Source: Octopus sinensis
Lineage: Eukaryota
Direction of reading: 5' to 3'
Assembly: GCF_006345805.1 (NCBI RefSeq)
Contig: NC_042998.1
Coordinates: forward strand, 52,948,001 to 53,012,000
Length of the DNA: 64,000 nt
The notes under the pieces are model-generated. The model had not been told where the DNA came from. It did not search any database and saw only the letters and a list, made by a program, of their open reading frames with translations. A program made the position numbers and the translations under genes. Below are positions 37,206 to 51,439 of this stretch, piece after piece; the first letter of the stretch is position 1, and each line of letters begins with the position of its first letter.

Positions 37206-37599
37206 TATTAACATATCAAATATTTAAAGATGGTGGATAAGCTGAGTTGTTAGCATGTTGGATGGTATGTATGATATTTGTTTTAACTTTCTTCACTCTG
37301 AGTTCAAAATTTACCTGAGTCAGTTTTTTTTCCTTTCATTCATTTAAGGTTGATAAAAAAGTTCTAATTCAGGATGGTGAATTGGCAGAATGTTAGAGTG
37401 TTAGGCAAGATGCTTTGCAGGATCTCTTCCTGGTATTTTTGTTCTGACAGAAACACCTGCAACGAAACACTGATGCCAAGCTGTATTGGTTTTTTTTTTT
37501 CTTCTTAAATAAGCATCTGTGGTATATAGAGGGGAGACTTACAGGTTTGGATAACTTCCAGTCACCTTAAAAAAAAAAACTCTTGCTCTGGCCTGTACA

Positions 37600-37957
37600 T
37601 ACATGATCAGCTTTGACCAAAGGAGCCCATATATCACCAGAGGTTCCTTATTAAATTTTGGTGGGGTCCATACAACAAAATAGTAAATTGAGGATCCACA
37701 ATGGTATTTTAAGGGGCCCTGAAAAAATTTGGTTTTAGAGGTATGTATTGGTATGTATTGCAGAAACAACAAGGTTTTTTTCCCCCTGACATTTTACATA
37801 ATCCAACCTACACAAGTTAATAGGTAAAAAACAAAATAGGAATTTTGAAAGACATTTCTATAACAGTAGTTTTTAAATATTGTATGACTATGGGGATCCA
37901 CCAAAGTAGATTAGTAATCTAAGGAGTTCATAGATAAATAAAGGTTGAAACCCCCTG
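37600..37957. mobile_element. hAT-type MITE, left end eroded
   Basis: Internal similarity to 51440-51728 (ggaattttgaaaga); right end ggttgaaaccccctg. Confidence 0.6.
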
Positions 37958-38794
37958 CCCTATATTAATCAAACACACTAAACCATACCAAACCCAAATC
38001 AACCATCAGAAGGAACTTCTATACCAGTTATGTGATACCTATGACATACATGTAAGTAGTTACAACACACAGTATGTTTATAGGTGACATGTGATGGATT
38101 TTGAAAAAAGTATTTTCCTTACAGGATCTTGTTATATCAAGCTTGTCTATAAGCATTAATCTAAACTAAAATATATGCATACACATGCAACACTCTAATA
38201 AAAGGATTATTAAATAGATAAAAATTTCGACATGCTGGGGTAAAATGTTTTACTATCACTATTCTTGATTGTCATAGATGTATGGATTGATTTTAATAAA
38301 ATAGCCCCAAACTATACTCCCTATAATGCAGTGTATTTCTAAGCATGTTGATGGTTCAGGGGATTATTAAGTTCATATTGTTTTAAATTGTCCTTTCATG
38401 AACAAAGCTTGTTAAAATCAACATATTGATATTTTTCTTCTTTCATGTTCAAACAAAGCATCAGTGAGGAAATAAACATTTAGAGTGGGATAAAAATGCA
38501 AAAAGCCCAAGTTCTCATATTTTTCTCTTTTTCCCCCGTTTCTTTTTATGTCAACACCAGCATTTTTAAATGTGAACATATTTGCTGCCCAGTCCCAGGT
38601 TACTCATCTATAAATTTAATTGAACAAATTTATTTTTCCCTTTTTCTGAAGTATTGTTGCCTTCATTGTTCATTGCTAACTATATTGATCTGGCCTTCTA
38701 ATATTTTGACTGAAATAAGGGCGATAGATTAGCTAAATCCTTAGGGGATTGAGCAAAATGCAGTTTGGTATTTAGTTATGATTCTTATTTCTTT

Positions 38795-39020
38795 ACTGCC
38801 CACAAGGGGCTACACACAGAGGGGACAAACAAGGACAGACAAATGGATTAAGTCGATTATATCGACCCCAGTGCATAACTGGTACTTATTTAATGGATCC
38901 TGAAAGGATAAAAGGCAAAGTTGACCTTGACGGAATTTGAATTCAGAACGTAGCAGCAGACAAAATACCACTATGCATTTCGTCTGGTGCACTAACATTT
39001 CTGCCAGCTCACTGCCTTTA
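38795..39020 (-). mobile_element. SINE family 4
   Basis: Homologous to 53180-53380. Confidence 0.8.
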
Positions 39021-39171
39021 GTTATGATTCTATATGCTTTGTGTTCAAATCCTACTGAAACCAACTTTGCCTTTCATCCTTGCAGGGATTGATAAAATAA
39101 ATACTAGTCAAGTATTTGAAGCTGATATAACTGGACATATTTTTCTTCCAAAGTTGAGGCTTTGTACATTT

Positions 39172-39394
39172 TTTTATTTGTTTCAATCATTTGACTGCGA
39201 CCATGCTGGGGCACCACCTTGAAGGTGATTTTCAGTTGAAGAAATCAACCCCAGAACTTATTCTTTGTAAGCCTAGTATTTATTTTTTCGGTCTTTTTGA
39301 TGAACTGCTAAGTTACAGGGATGGAAACGCATCAGCATCAATTGTCAAGTGATGATGGGAATACAAACACAGACACAAAGACACACACACATAA

Positions 39395-39447
<53 letters not shown>

Positions 39448-39610
39448 TTACACGGAGGGCTTCTTTCAGTTTCTGTCTACAAATCCACTGACAAGGCTTT
39501 GATTGGCCTGAGGCTATAGTAGAAGATGCTTACTCAAATTGCCAGGTAGTGGGACTGAGCACAGAACCATGAAGTTGGGAAGCAAGCTTCTTACCACACA
39601 GCCATGCCTG
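39172..39610 (-). mobile_element. SINE family 1, full length
   Basis: Reverse complement of the 44324-type consensus, with internal (TA)n. Confidence 0.85.
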
Positions 39611-39899
39611 CTAATATATACATATGTAAGATACCTACCTTTTGATTAAAGTAGCAAATTAAGTGGAGCATAACTAGAATAAGACCAAACCAATTATCAG
39701 TGTTTAATTACTAGGTGACTCCTTAATTGCATGACATACATATCTGAACATAGTAAACTAGAATTAACCATCACCATGTATACCAATAATAGTCTATGTT
39801 TACCTCACTTGCCTCTATAATCTATTAGCAAATGAAAACAGGGTAGAACAGACAACACACACATAGATATATGCTCACACATACGTATACATGTATCCT

Positions 39900-40020
39900 C
39901 TCTCTGGCTGGGTAACCATGTACCTCCTCTACAGCGAAATACCTATTTCTATCTCTCTGTCACACTCTAACATTTCATCATCTGACACAAGATCACCTCC
40001 TCCAGTACCCCCTCCCCTCT
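39900..40020 (+). repeat. unclassified interspersed repeat, copy 3 of 3
   Basis: Aligns with 11615-11740 (minus) and 1740-1850. Confidence 0.55.
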
Positions 40021-40034
40021 CAAAAGACTCTGCC

Positions 40035-40330
40035 AGTGCTAGTGCCATGTAAAACGCATCCAGTGTACACTGTAAAGTGAGTGGCATTTGAAAGGGCATC
40101 CTGCTACATAAAAAACCATGCCAAAATTGATCTTGCCTGTGCTGGTGTTATGTAAAAAGCGCTCAGTTCATCTTGCAGAGAGGTTGGTGTTAGAAAGGGC
40201 ATCCAGCCATAAAAACCATACCAAAACAGACTGGAAAGCATGGTGCAATCTTCTGCCAAGCCAGCTCCTGACAAAACTGTCCAACCCATGACAGCATAGA
40301 AAGAAGACATTAAATGGTGATGATGATGAT
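40035..40330 (+). mobile_element. RTE LINE 3' end
   Basis: ggttggtgttagaaagggcatccagcc...ctgtccaacccatg...gatgatgatg. Confidence 0.75.
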
Positions 40331-40331
40331 A

Positions 40332-40368
<37 letters not shown>

Positions 40369-40547
40369 CACACACACATATACATATATATATACTTACA
40401 TATATATATATATACACACACACATATACATATATATACTTACATATATATATATATACAAACAGATATATATATACACATATATATATATACACATACA
40501 TACATATACTTACATACATATGTACATATACATACATACATACATAC

Positions 40548-40598
<51 letters not shown>

Positions 40599-40610
40599 TA
40601 CATACACATG
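40330..40610. repeat. compound (TA)n/(CA)n/(TACA)n microsatellite
   Basis: Direct inspection. Confidence 0.95.
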
Positions 40611-41922
40611 TAAAACAATCAGATGCCTGAGCTATCACATTGTTATCTATCTCATGCACCAAAGTATTGTGCAACTTTGATTCTGCATATCAAAGTGCAC
40701 TGTCTCAGTCTCTGTGAGACAAAGACATGGTATATTTACACAATGGACATGCGATTCGCAGTTAGTCTGTTACTGATTATCATCTACATTATAGATTTGC
40801 TTAACAAAAGTAACAAAACTAAGTCAACCTTTATTACGTTGTTTCATGATATAAAATGATGCAAATTATAGTCTATAAAATAAATTATTTCAAAATTTCC
40901 TCTATCCTACTAGAACTGATAGAATTTTCCTTTTGAATTATGGTCATCTCAAATATTAAAGAAATAGTTAAAAAAACAAAAGAAAATAACAACAACAAGA
41001 AAATTTGCCACATCATATTAATGGTATTTTTCTTGCAAGACACAAAGCATGTAAATAGATTTAAAAACATACTCATTTCATGCCAGACTAAAGATAATTG
41101 CATTATTCTTTGTCTGTGAGATATTGATTTACTATAAAGAGGGTTAAAAATTTTAGCAGAATGGAATGACCGTTACTTTTGAGTTTCTGTACCTGATTTC
41201 CCTTACTGCAAGCATTTAGGAAATTATTATTCAGTTGATTGCCAAGAACTTCTTTTCAGATGAATACTTTAAAAGATTCTATTTTCCTATAATGTTTTTA
41301 CTTCACTAAGAAATTATTGAACAAGCTTGTGAACACTCTGCTTTCTTCTTAAACTATTTAGTAAGATTAGGAGCATATTATCAAAAACTGTAAAATTCTT
41401 GGCTACATTTCAAAACTTCAGCATCACTTTTCCAATCATTTGTGGTAGATATCATGAAGCATAAGACTCTATCACCACTATCATTATGCAGCGCCTTACC
41501 ATCATTATTTTTTGCTCTTTTATCCATCTCATTATCTGTCATTCTTTTTTTTAAAAAAAAACAAAAGATAATGATCAATATAACAGGGTAGAAAATTATA
41601 ATGATTGGCAACTGAACAGTAGAGAAAATCACCTTATATGATAAACCACTGCATGCAAGAATTCCCATGTGGCCTTCAACAAGTTGGCTTCATAGTAGAT
41701 CCATACTGATGAGTCAGCAAATTTCATCCAGATGCATGACTGGTTACCTACGTGATTGGAGTGCTTGAACAAGGTTGGCTAAAGATATAAAAAAACCCAA
41801 TGATAACCATCATTTGTTTATTTGCCTTATTTATAAAATCTCAAAAGCTTTTCTTTTCTTTTATTGTTTATAGCTTCATATGTGTGCTTTGAGATACACT
41901 ATTCCAAAAATGAATTATGTGT

Positions 41923-42400
41923 ATGGATGAGGACAGCTGTGTAAAGAAGTGCTAAGCTCTAATTGTGGAGGGAACCTGGAGAGGGTAGACCCAAGAAGGG
42001 GTAGACTAGGAAGATATGGGACGAAGTGATGAGGAAGAATCTTCGGATGCTGGGCCTCACTGAGGAAATGACAAGGGCCTGGGAGATGTGATGATTTGCT
42101 TTACTTGATAAGATATGTCAAGCTAAGCAAAATCACTATCTTCTATACATACAGGCTTGTTCTTTCAGGTGCTGGTACCACATAAAAAGCATCAGTGCTG
42201 GTTCTGCATAAACACATCCATGCTGGTGGCATGTAAAAAGCACCCAGCACACTGTTAAGTGGTTGGCATTAAGAAGGGCACCCAGCTGTAGAAACCATGC
42301 CATAACAGACAGTTAGAGTCTGGACAGCTTCCCAGCTCCATGTCAAACCGTCCAACCCATGCCAGCATGGAAAACAGACGTCAAACAATGATGATAGCGA
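41923..42400 (+). mobile_element. 5'-truncated RTE LINE with ORF C-terminus
   Basis: MDEDSCVKKC*ALIVEGTWRG...RKIWDEVMRKNLRMLGLTEEMTR, collinear with the end of the 60347-61918 protein. Confidence 0.85.
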
Positions 42401-43579
42401 TTTAATACACACGATGTAATACACATCGATGTCAAACGATGGTGATTTAATATACAGACACGCGCGCATGCACACACACACACTCACACACACACACAAT
42501 GTCCTTCCACATAGTTTCCATGAACCAAATTCACTTACAAGGCATTGGTCATCTTAGGGATATAGTAGAAGACACTTGCCCAAGGTATCACATTTTGAGA
42601 TTGAACCTGAAATCATACAGTTGCAAAGCAAACTTCTTAACCACACAGCTATGCTTGTGCCTTTCCTAATGAATAGCAAGGTAAGTTTATGGATTTAAGC
42701 TATACACTGTAAAATAAACAGCAATTATTTCATCATAAAGCTGTAAAATGAGAGAACTACATAAAACAACTTATGAAATGCTTCTACATTTCCTTCTACT
42801 GAATTAATAGCAACTAACAACAATAATAAAAAGCAACAAAGAGATACTATAAAGGAAATGATAAGAAAAGAAACAAACTTATCACGTGGCAATTTGAGGG
42901 TTTCTTGCATTTATGTTAATATCTTTGTCTTTAAATTATTCCTCAAGGAAAGGTTACTTACAATACTTAATTTATGAAGACTTAAAAAACAACAAACCTC
43001 ATGTAATCGGTAAATAGTTTTATTTTTAATCTCAAGACAGTTTTCAGCAGATTTCATTGCTAAAATCATACATAGTTAATACCATCTTATCTGAGAATAC
43101 TACTGGCTTTAATACTTATTATAAAACTAATTCAAACATCAAATTAAATATAATCATATGACTTAAAATGTGATTTTACATATTTTTTTTTTACATCTAT
43201 TTTCTTTTTTTCATCTTCATTGTTTGGGATTTACTAATTTGAAAACTTGGAGCTAAAATAATTGGTTTTTATTCCTGAATGCACATCTCAAAGTCAGCTG
43301 TTATTTCATGTATAGTAGAATGATGTGTGTTTTCTGGCTTTATTCAAACTGATGTATAAATACAAAGATATAGCATATGTCTCTTTAGCAGGTTTTAAAT
43401 TCATAAATTCTTATAATTTAACTCTTTTGATCCCCACATGGAACTGTCCCTCTGCTTATGATTCTTCCAGCTTACTACCTTTATTTCTCTGTTAATGATA
43501 ATATTCATAATTTATATTTTGGCAAAATAGTTCTATCTTCTGTAGTGTAAACTCATTAATAGACATAAAATCAAAAGGA

Positions 43580-43799
43580 TTAAGCCTTTAGCAATCAAAT
43601 TAATCTGTCAAATGTAATATATATTGACATTGTTTCCATTTAATCATGCATTATCTCACAACTTAAAGATTTCAATGACTTGATTGTATATTTTTATACT
43701 GACATTGTAGGGTAGGTGTGAGAGGTTGGATCTGGCCAGTTTGAACATAAAACAGAATATTTGGGTAGGATATGGCCTTCTAAATGCTGAAGTGTAAAA
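43580..43799. mobile_element. piggyBac-type MITE (family A), inverted copy
   Basis: Reverse-complement match to 28109-28313; TTAA at 43580-43583. Confidence 0.75.
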
Positions 43800-44323
43800 T
43801 AAGTAAAAGCATTTACACCACAAATTATCACATTTCAAGTAATAATGCTAGCCTGATATTACAAATATATTTAATGATTTCAAAAGATATGACTCAGTGG
43901 TTAGGTTTTATATGACTCTCATTCTTAAGATTGTAAATTTGGTTCCTGATCTGGGAAGTGTGTTGTGCACTCATGTGTTTTACTTAACTTTGTCCCAGTC
44001 TACACAGCTAGCAACAGTAAGTTTTCAGACAGAAGGTGCACCTGGCTGCTATATCCTATCTTTACTATTAATAGTGATTTCAAATCAACTTCAAGTCAGA
44101 ACCAACAATGAAGTATTTGTCAAATATGAATTGTTTCATTACTAACCCTCCCAACATTGAAAAGTAGATGTCAAATGAAAATATTCATTTTGTATCTAAT
44201 TTCTTATGCTGGACATGGTGTGGCTTGAGATTCTTTTGATCTTCATTTGCCCTGCTACTAAAGGCAATCTATTTGTGATTATTCCAACTTTTTAAAAGTA
44301 TTTAAAACAAAATTATATAAGTT

Positions 44324-44733
44324 GGCACAGGTGTGGCTGTGTGGTAAGTAGCTTGCTTACTAACCACATGGTTCCGGGTTCAGTCCCACTGCGTGGCACC
44401 TTGGGCAAGTGTCTTCTACTATAGCCTCGGGCCGACCAAAGACTTGTGAGTGGATTTGGTAGACGGAAACTGAAAGAAGCCCATCGTATATATGTATATA
44501 TATATATATATATATGTGCGTGTGTGTTTGTGTGTCTGCATTTGTCCCCCTAGCATTGCTTGACAACCGATGCTGGTGTGTTTATGTCCCCGTCACTTAG
44601 CGGTTCGGCAAAAGAGACCAATAGAATAAGTACTGGGCTTACAAAGAATAAGTCCCGGGGTCGAGTTGCTCGATTAAAGGTGGTGCTCCAGCATGGCCGC
44701 AGTCAAATTACTGAAACAAGTAAAAGAGAGAGT
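44324..44733 (+). mobile_element. SINE family 1, best-preserved copy
   Basis: tggctgtgtggtaag A box, gggttcagtccc B box, CORE-like ccttgggcaagtgtctt, central microsatellite, gtaaaagag tail. Confidence 0.9.
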
Positions 44734-45484
44734 AAGTCGATACTTTCCTTATTTAAGATGCTAGAATGTGATTTGAAAGAAAGAAATTTTGCTGCTATTT
44801 CTAATAGACAAAGTAACCATGTAGAGGCTTCCCTCAGGGGCCTATAAAAACATTGTGTTTTGGATATGATATTGGTTAGTTATTTATGAAAATGGGTCTT
44901 GAATTAACAAAAGTTTTGCTGCATTTTTTGTGGATTTTTTTTTCTTTTCTTTTGTTTTTGTTGTTGTTGCTTTTTCCCGACTTCTTAGAATTAGTCTGCT
45001 TCCATCTTTCTTCAAATTAGAAACTGGTAATTATTACTTTAGACCTAAAGAAATCAATTCCTTATTCTGCCAATAAATTTGCACTGAAGGAGAGGGAAGT
45101 GTTTTTGGTGAGCTGTAAACAGTGTTAGTACAAGTGGTAAAAGGAATGAAACTAGCAGCTGCAACAGCAGCAGCTCATTTTGCATCATCCTCCTTCTCCT
45201 CCTCCTCCCTACCACCATCATCATCATTAGTAGTTGAAATAGCAGTAGTAGCTGCAATGGTAGTAATGATGGATAGAATATTAGGGAGCAGCAGCAGTAG
45301 TAGTAGTATTGATTCTGGTACTGGGATGCAGCAGATAATAGTCGCTGGTAAAAATGGTACCAAAGATAGTTTGTAATGGTATTTATGTTGTGGAAATAAT
45401 AGTATTGATTTAGGTAGAGGTAAATATTAAAAAAAAATCATTATAGTCATAATTATTTTTTATCATCATCATCATCATTATTAT

Positions 45485-46290
45485 GAGGTATTGAGCTGGC
45501 AGAATCATTAGCATGCTGGGCAAAATGCTAAGCAGCATGTTGTCTGTCTTTATGTCCTGTGTTCAAATTCTGACAAAGTCGACTTTACCTTTCATCCTCT
45601 CAGGATTGATACAATAAACATCAGTGAAACATTGGGTCGATGTAATCGACTAGTCCTCTCCCTTGTAGAAAGGATTGTTATTATTATTAATATTATTATT
45701 ATTATTATTATTATTATTATCATCATTATGATAATATCATTATTGTTATTATCATCATAATGGCGGTGCCTCAGCATGGCCACAGCTTGTGAGCTGAAAC
45801 TAGATAAAATTTATATATATATTATTATTATTATTATTAGTTTTATTGAGATGGTGAGCTTGACAGAATTATTAGCACACCAGGCAAAATGTGTAGCGAC
45901 ATTTTGTGTGTCCTTATATTCTGTGTTCAAATTCTGACAAAGTTGACTTGCCTTTCGCTCTTTCAGGGTTGATAAAATAAGTACCAGTTGAGTATTGGGG
46001 TCGATGTAATCGACTTATACCTTTCCCCAAAATTGCTGGCTTTGTGCCAAAATTTGAAACCATTATTATGAGGCAGTGAACTGGCAGACTCATTAGTGCA
46101 CTGGATATATTGCTTAGCAAGAATTTTCTCTGTTTTTTATGTTCTGAGTTCAAACCACTGAGATTGACATTGCATTTCATCCTTTTGAGGCTGATAAAAT
46201 AATTACCATTTGAACACTGAGGTCAATGTAATTGAGTAGCCCTTTACTCAAAATTTCAGGCCTCATGCCAATAATAGAAAATATTTATTA
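45485..46290 (+). mobile_element. three head-to-tail SINE family 4 copies
   Basis: 45485-45670, 45848-46060 and 46065-46290 each start (t/a)gagg/tgg..gagct(g/t)g(c/a)cagaat-like heads. Confidence 0.8.
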
Positions 46291-46534
46291 TTACTGGACA
46301 AAATACCAAGCTGTATTTTATTCCAATTCAAATCCCACTGAAGTGAACTGTGCATTTCAATACAAATAACATTTTTATCACTATTTTTTATGGACCCCCT
46401 CCTTAGCTACCTCTTGCAGATCCCTAATGTTCTGGGAAGCCCCAGTTTGGAAATGCAGCATTTAGATTATAAGTTTGTTTCACCAGGATGACCTGGAGTT
46501 AATGATTTCGTTCCTTTTAAGTGTTGAGCCTCAT

Positions 46535-46876
46535 AGAGGCAATGACCAAGACCATTGGTATTACATCATGCTTGAGAAGAAGACCTATCAAGCTGAGCAA
46601 AATTGCAGTCATGGCAGATACCAGTGCCATGCAAATTGGCACCCATGCTGGTGGCAAGTAAAAGCACCCATTGCACTCATGGAGCGGTTGGTGTTAGGAA
46701 GGGCATCCTGCCATAAAAAAAAACATGCCAAATCAGACAAGAGTCTGGTGCAGCCTTCCAGCATGCCAGCTCAGCCAAACCATCCAACCCATGCCAGAAT
46801 GGACAACGGATGTTAAATGATGATGATGGTGGTGATGATGATCATGATAATGATGATGATGATGATGATGATGATG
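46535..46876 (+). mobile_element. RTE LINE 3' end
   Basis: cttgagaagaagacctatcaagct...ggttggtgttaggaagggcatcc...(GAT)n. Confidence 0.85.
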
Positions 46877-47519
46877 CACAAGCCAGTAAGTTTGGAGGAG
46901 GGATTAAGTTGATTACATCAGCCCCAATTCTCAAATGATACCTATTTTATTGATTCCAAAAGGATGAAATGCAAAATCGACCTCAATGACCTTATTTACT
47001 CAAGATAACAGTGAAATACTTAGTAGCATGTCATGAGTACAAATTCTGCCAAGGTCACTTTGCATTGCATCCTTTTGGGATCGATAAAATAAATACCAGT
47101 TGAGTACTGGGGTTGATGTAATCAACTTACGCCCTCCCCAAAACATGCCGACCCTGTGCCAAAATTTGAAATGATTTAACTCCAGGTCATTCTGGTGCAA
47201 TAAAATTATAATCTAAATGTAGTATTTCTAAACTGGGGTTTCCTGGAACATTAGGGATCTGTCAGCTCACTGCCTTAATAAAAATAAAAATAATAATAAT
47301 TCTTTACAAATTTTGGTATAGCAATTTTGACTGACGGGTATTAGCTAAATACCAGCATGGAACTGTACTTTATGGCCCTATAGGATGAATGGCAAAGCTG
47401 ACCTTGGCAAAATTGAACTCAAAATATAGAGAGCTGGATAAAATGCTGCTAAGCATTTTGTCTTTGAATTATGACTGAGTCAGCTCATTGCTGACACAGT
47501 AATAACAATACTAATAATC

Positions 47520-47735
47520 TTTTGTACTATATATGCAAGGCTTGAAATTTTGGGGGAGAGTACAAGTCAATAACATTGACCCCCAGTGAGTCACTGTTAT
47601 TTAATTCATTGACCCTGAAAGGATGAAAGGAAAATTGACCTTGGTAGAATTTGAAATCAGAATGTAAAGATGGAGGAAATGCTGCTGAGCTTTTTACCCA
47701 GCATGCTAACAATTTTGCCAGTTTGCTGCCTTAAC
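47520..47735 (-). mobile_element. SINE family 4
   Basis: Homologous to 53590-53802. Confidence 0.75.
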
Positions 47736-49025
47736 CAGGAGTTAAGTAATAACAATATGACAACTAGCATGATCATCAATGTTATCTTGAGTAAATAAGG
47801 GTGTTATGTTCTTGGCTATACTTGCTTAAAACAACAACCAAATCTTCTTAAAATCACACCTACTATCTTGAAAAGTAAATATATTTTTAGATGCACTATG
47901 TCTGAGAAAATGGGAAGATGATCAGTGATGGAATACTATTGCTTATTGGTGTGCTCAGCCAGGTCTGGCCAGGGGCTAAACTGTATAAATAACAAAATAC
48001 ACTACTTCAACACAAATCTGTCTGCAGATATGCATATGTATGCGTTTGAATATATGCATATATGTGTGTCTGCCTATATGCATATATCTGCATATATGTT
48101 TGCATATATGCATAGGTCTGCATCTGTGCAAATATGCGTCTGCCTAAAAGCATGTTTGGATGCCTGCATAACTACATAAAAGTAGGTGCCTGTGAATATA
48201 AATATGCATATGTATTTATGAATATATGTGTGTTTGTGTGTGTGTATTTGAATAGATTTATACATATGTACAGTTGCATGTATGTATATTAATGCATATG
48301 TGCATATATATATATATATATATACATTTGTGTGACTGCATACTTGTACATATATTACTGCCTATAGGCATATATTTATGTGTATGAATAAATGATTATA
48401 TGCAAGCAGATTTGAATATAAGTGGTGAGTGCCAAGAGAGGAGGTTGAAAAACCTGTTAAAGATATTTTTTCATAACAGATTTTTTTATTTATCATTTTT
48501 ATTCATTTATTTCTTTGTTGAAATTAGTGTTAAGATCACGATAAGAATATCAGAATGAGAACTTATCACTAGCTAGAGTGGCAGTGTTTGTCGGTGAAGA
48601 ACTTAATGAAGAAGATACTGGCTTTGGTAGTAATAATGACAGGAAATATTTAATCTGAACATAGAAGAGGGAGCAGAGTAAGAGGAGTGAAAACAAACAC
48701 ATAAATAAACAACGGCAGAAGAAAACAAAACAAACAGCTATAAAAAATATATACAAAACACCAAGAGTAAACAAACTAAACAATTTAGGTGATGATTCTA
48801 AAGAATAAAGAAACTATAACTATAAAATCAACAAAATCGAAAGATATTGAATACAAATAGGTTAAAATCAATAAGCCATTGAACATAGTGTATCTCATAG
48901 TGAAAAACTTTGGCTTCAAATTGCAAGTCAGGAAGTAGAGGGGAAACAAACAGGAGTGAGTAAAATTATCAACAACAACAACTACGATGAAGACATAAAA
49001 AAAAGAAGCATTTTTCTTTTTTTCA

Positions 49026-49740
49026 TTGGCACAAGTGTGGCTGTGTGTTAAGAGGCTTGCTTCCCAACCACATGGTTCCAGGTTCAGTGCCACTATGTGA
49101 TACCTTGGGCAAGTATGCAGGCACATGGCCTAGTGGTTAGAGCAGTGGACTCACGGCTGAGGGGTCGCGTGTTCAAATCTCAGACCGGGTGATGTGTGTG
49201 TTTATGAGCGAAAAACCTAAGATTCACATGGCCCTGGCAGAATGTAACGGCGAACTTCTGCTGACTCTTTCACCACAACTTTCTATCACTCTTTCATCCT
49301 GCATCTAGCAGCTCACCTGTGACGGACCGACGTCCCGTCCAGGTGGGGAACCTATATGCCAATGAAACCAGGAAACCGGCCCTTATGAGCCAGGCATGGT
49401 TCAAGAAGGAACAAACAGCAGCAACCTTGGGCAAGTGACTTCCACTATAGCCTCGGGCTGATCAAAGCCTTGTGAGAGAATCTGGTAAACAGAAACTGAA
49501 AGAAGCCCATCATATGTGTGTGTGTGCGTAAGAGTGTGTGTTTGTGTCTGCATTTGTCACCCACTACCATTTGACAATTTGTATTGGTGTGTTTATGTCC
49601 TCATAACATAGCAGTTCAACAACAGAGATTGATAGAATAAATACCAGGCTAAACAAAAATTTGACTAAAAATTCTTCAAGATAGTGCTCCAGCATGGCTG
49701 TAATCTAATAACTAAAGCAAGTAAAAGATAAAAGATAAAA
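49026..49740 (+). mobile_element. SINE family 1 interrupted by a family-2 SINE
   Basis: Host sequence resumes after a 13-bp duplication. Confidence 0.85.
49115..49423 (+). mobile_element. tRNA-derived SINE (family 2, third tail variant)
   Basis: TSD accttgggcaagt at 49102-49114 and 49424-49436. Confidence 0.9.
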
Positions 49741-51439
49741 GAAATGGGTTTTATGAATAAGCAGAGATGTTACTGTTTAGCTTCATGCTGATCCGGATTG
49801 AGAACAATCTGATTAAAGACATTTCTGCTGTGACTATACTAGCTTCATTCTGTAGACATAATGTAGTCTGGATTACACAAGTAGTGTTACACTAACAGTA
49901 AACAAACCAACCAGAACACTTCCACTATATAAACTGGTGACTCCGACAAAAAGCATTTAAAAAAAAAATTATAAACACCGGTGAAAAATTTAATAATATA
50001 ATAAAGATAGATTACAGATTTATTGAATAAAATTTTATTAACAAATAGTTAAAAGTAAGGTTGTAAATTTTACATACTACACACAATATAGTGTGCTGTT
50101 CTTTTCATTTTAAAGACAAGTTGTGACATGAAGGATATTTGGTGCCTATTTCTAGGATGTTGGGTAACCACATAAAATCTGCCAAATTAATTCACAAGCA
50201 GAGATGTGAAGCTTGATGGTGATGCTGTTGCCTTAGAATTTTTGATGGGAATACAGTAGTAGAAGTGTATGGGGTGTGAGGGAGAGGTAGCAATTTTGAC
50301 AGAGGAATACTTTGTATTCTTAGGGGTAGTTTTTCCATGCTGGTCTCCACCTGGGACCTAAATTCCCACTAGCTCCAAGTAGCTGTTTGTATATGATGGC
50401 GGGCACACCTCAGCAAACCATTCACACACATACACACACATAGGTGAGGATAGCCAATGGGTATGTAACAGCTGAGTTAGGCCTTAACTACCTATGCATG
50501 TGAAAACCAGATCCAGTAGATTCTGCAAAAGAAATCTTCATTGCTCAACGTAGAAAAACTGCATTTTAGAATGAATTACAGCAATGCATTGTAAAATGCA
50601 GAAAGAAAAATTAGGCAAGCAAGACAGCTAGGTCATCCGCTTCATCTGTCTCTATCCTCAATCATCTTGGCCTGGTCTTGCCATTGGATTGAAGATGGTC
50701 ATGGATGAGAGAGTGAGACTGACAGTCTGCATTTCTTCCTCACTTTAAATAAAAGTTTCTGTGCAAGTCATCATTCATCTCCAGGATCACTGGATGGTTA
50801 TTATCATCCTGATGGATGAACATGAGAGAGAAGTGTCAAATAAAAATGCATTACAGACCACCAAAGTTGATTTAGTCTTGCTTTACTGAAGAATTATGAA
50901 AAAGATTCAAATCTGTTACTGTTAACTATCATAGAGAATTTGGGAGTTATTCCCGAGACCTGGAGAAACTCAAGTAAGTATAATTAAGTGAACTACATAA
51001 AGATGCAATAAAATACCCTCAATAGATTTGAACTCATGAACCAGAGGAAGACAGCAGTGCCAGTTTAATTCAGTGCTTGGGACAAATAAAAGAATAAAAA
51101 AAGAGTAAAATCTACCACTAAAAAACCTGCAAATGCATGCATATGCACACACACACACACACACACACACCATTCATATGCCCTATGACAGCAAAGATTT
51201 CTCTGGTTCCTTCAGAGCAACAAATACCCAATCAATCCTAAATGCTATTTTCCCATTATGGATTGATTAGATAAAGGACAATGCTCATAACCTTTTGAAG
51301 TGTCTCCGAGAACATTATAAAAGAAGTAGGATGGGGGTCATGTGTTGTTCACTGCTGTAGTAGGAAACAGCATCTCAAGATATTGTGCTATATTATTAAA
51401 GCTGATACCAGGTCTGCTAAAGAATGGATTCCTCTAAAG

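Noticed and set aside
40674-40696. Inverted TCF/LEF-like pair actttgat...atcaaagt
   Set aside because: An 8-bp inverted repeat is expected by chance; there is no supporting context
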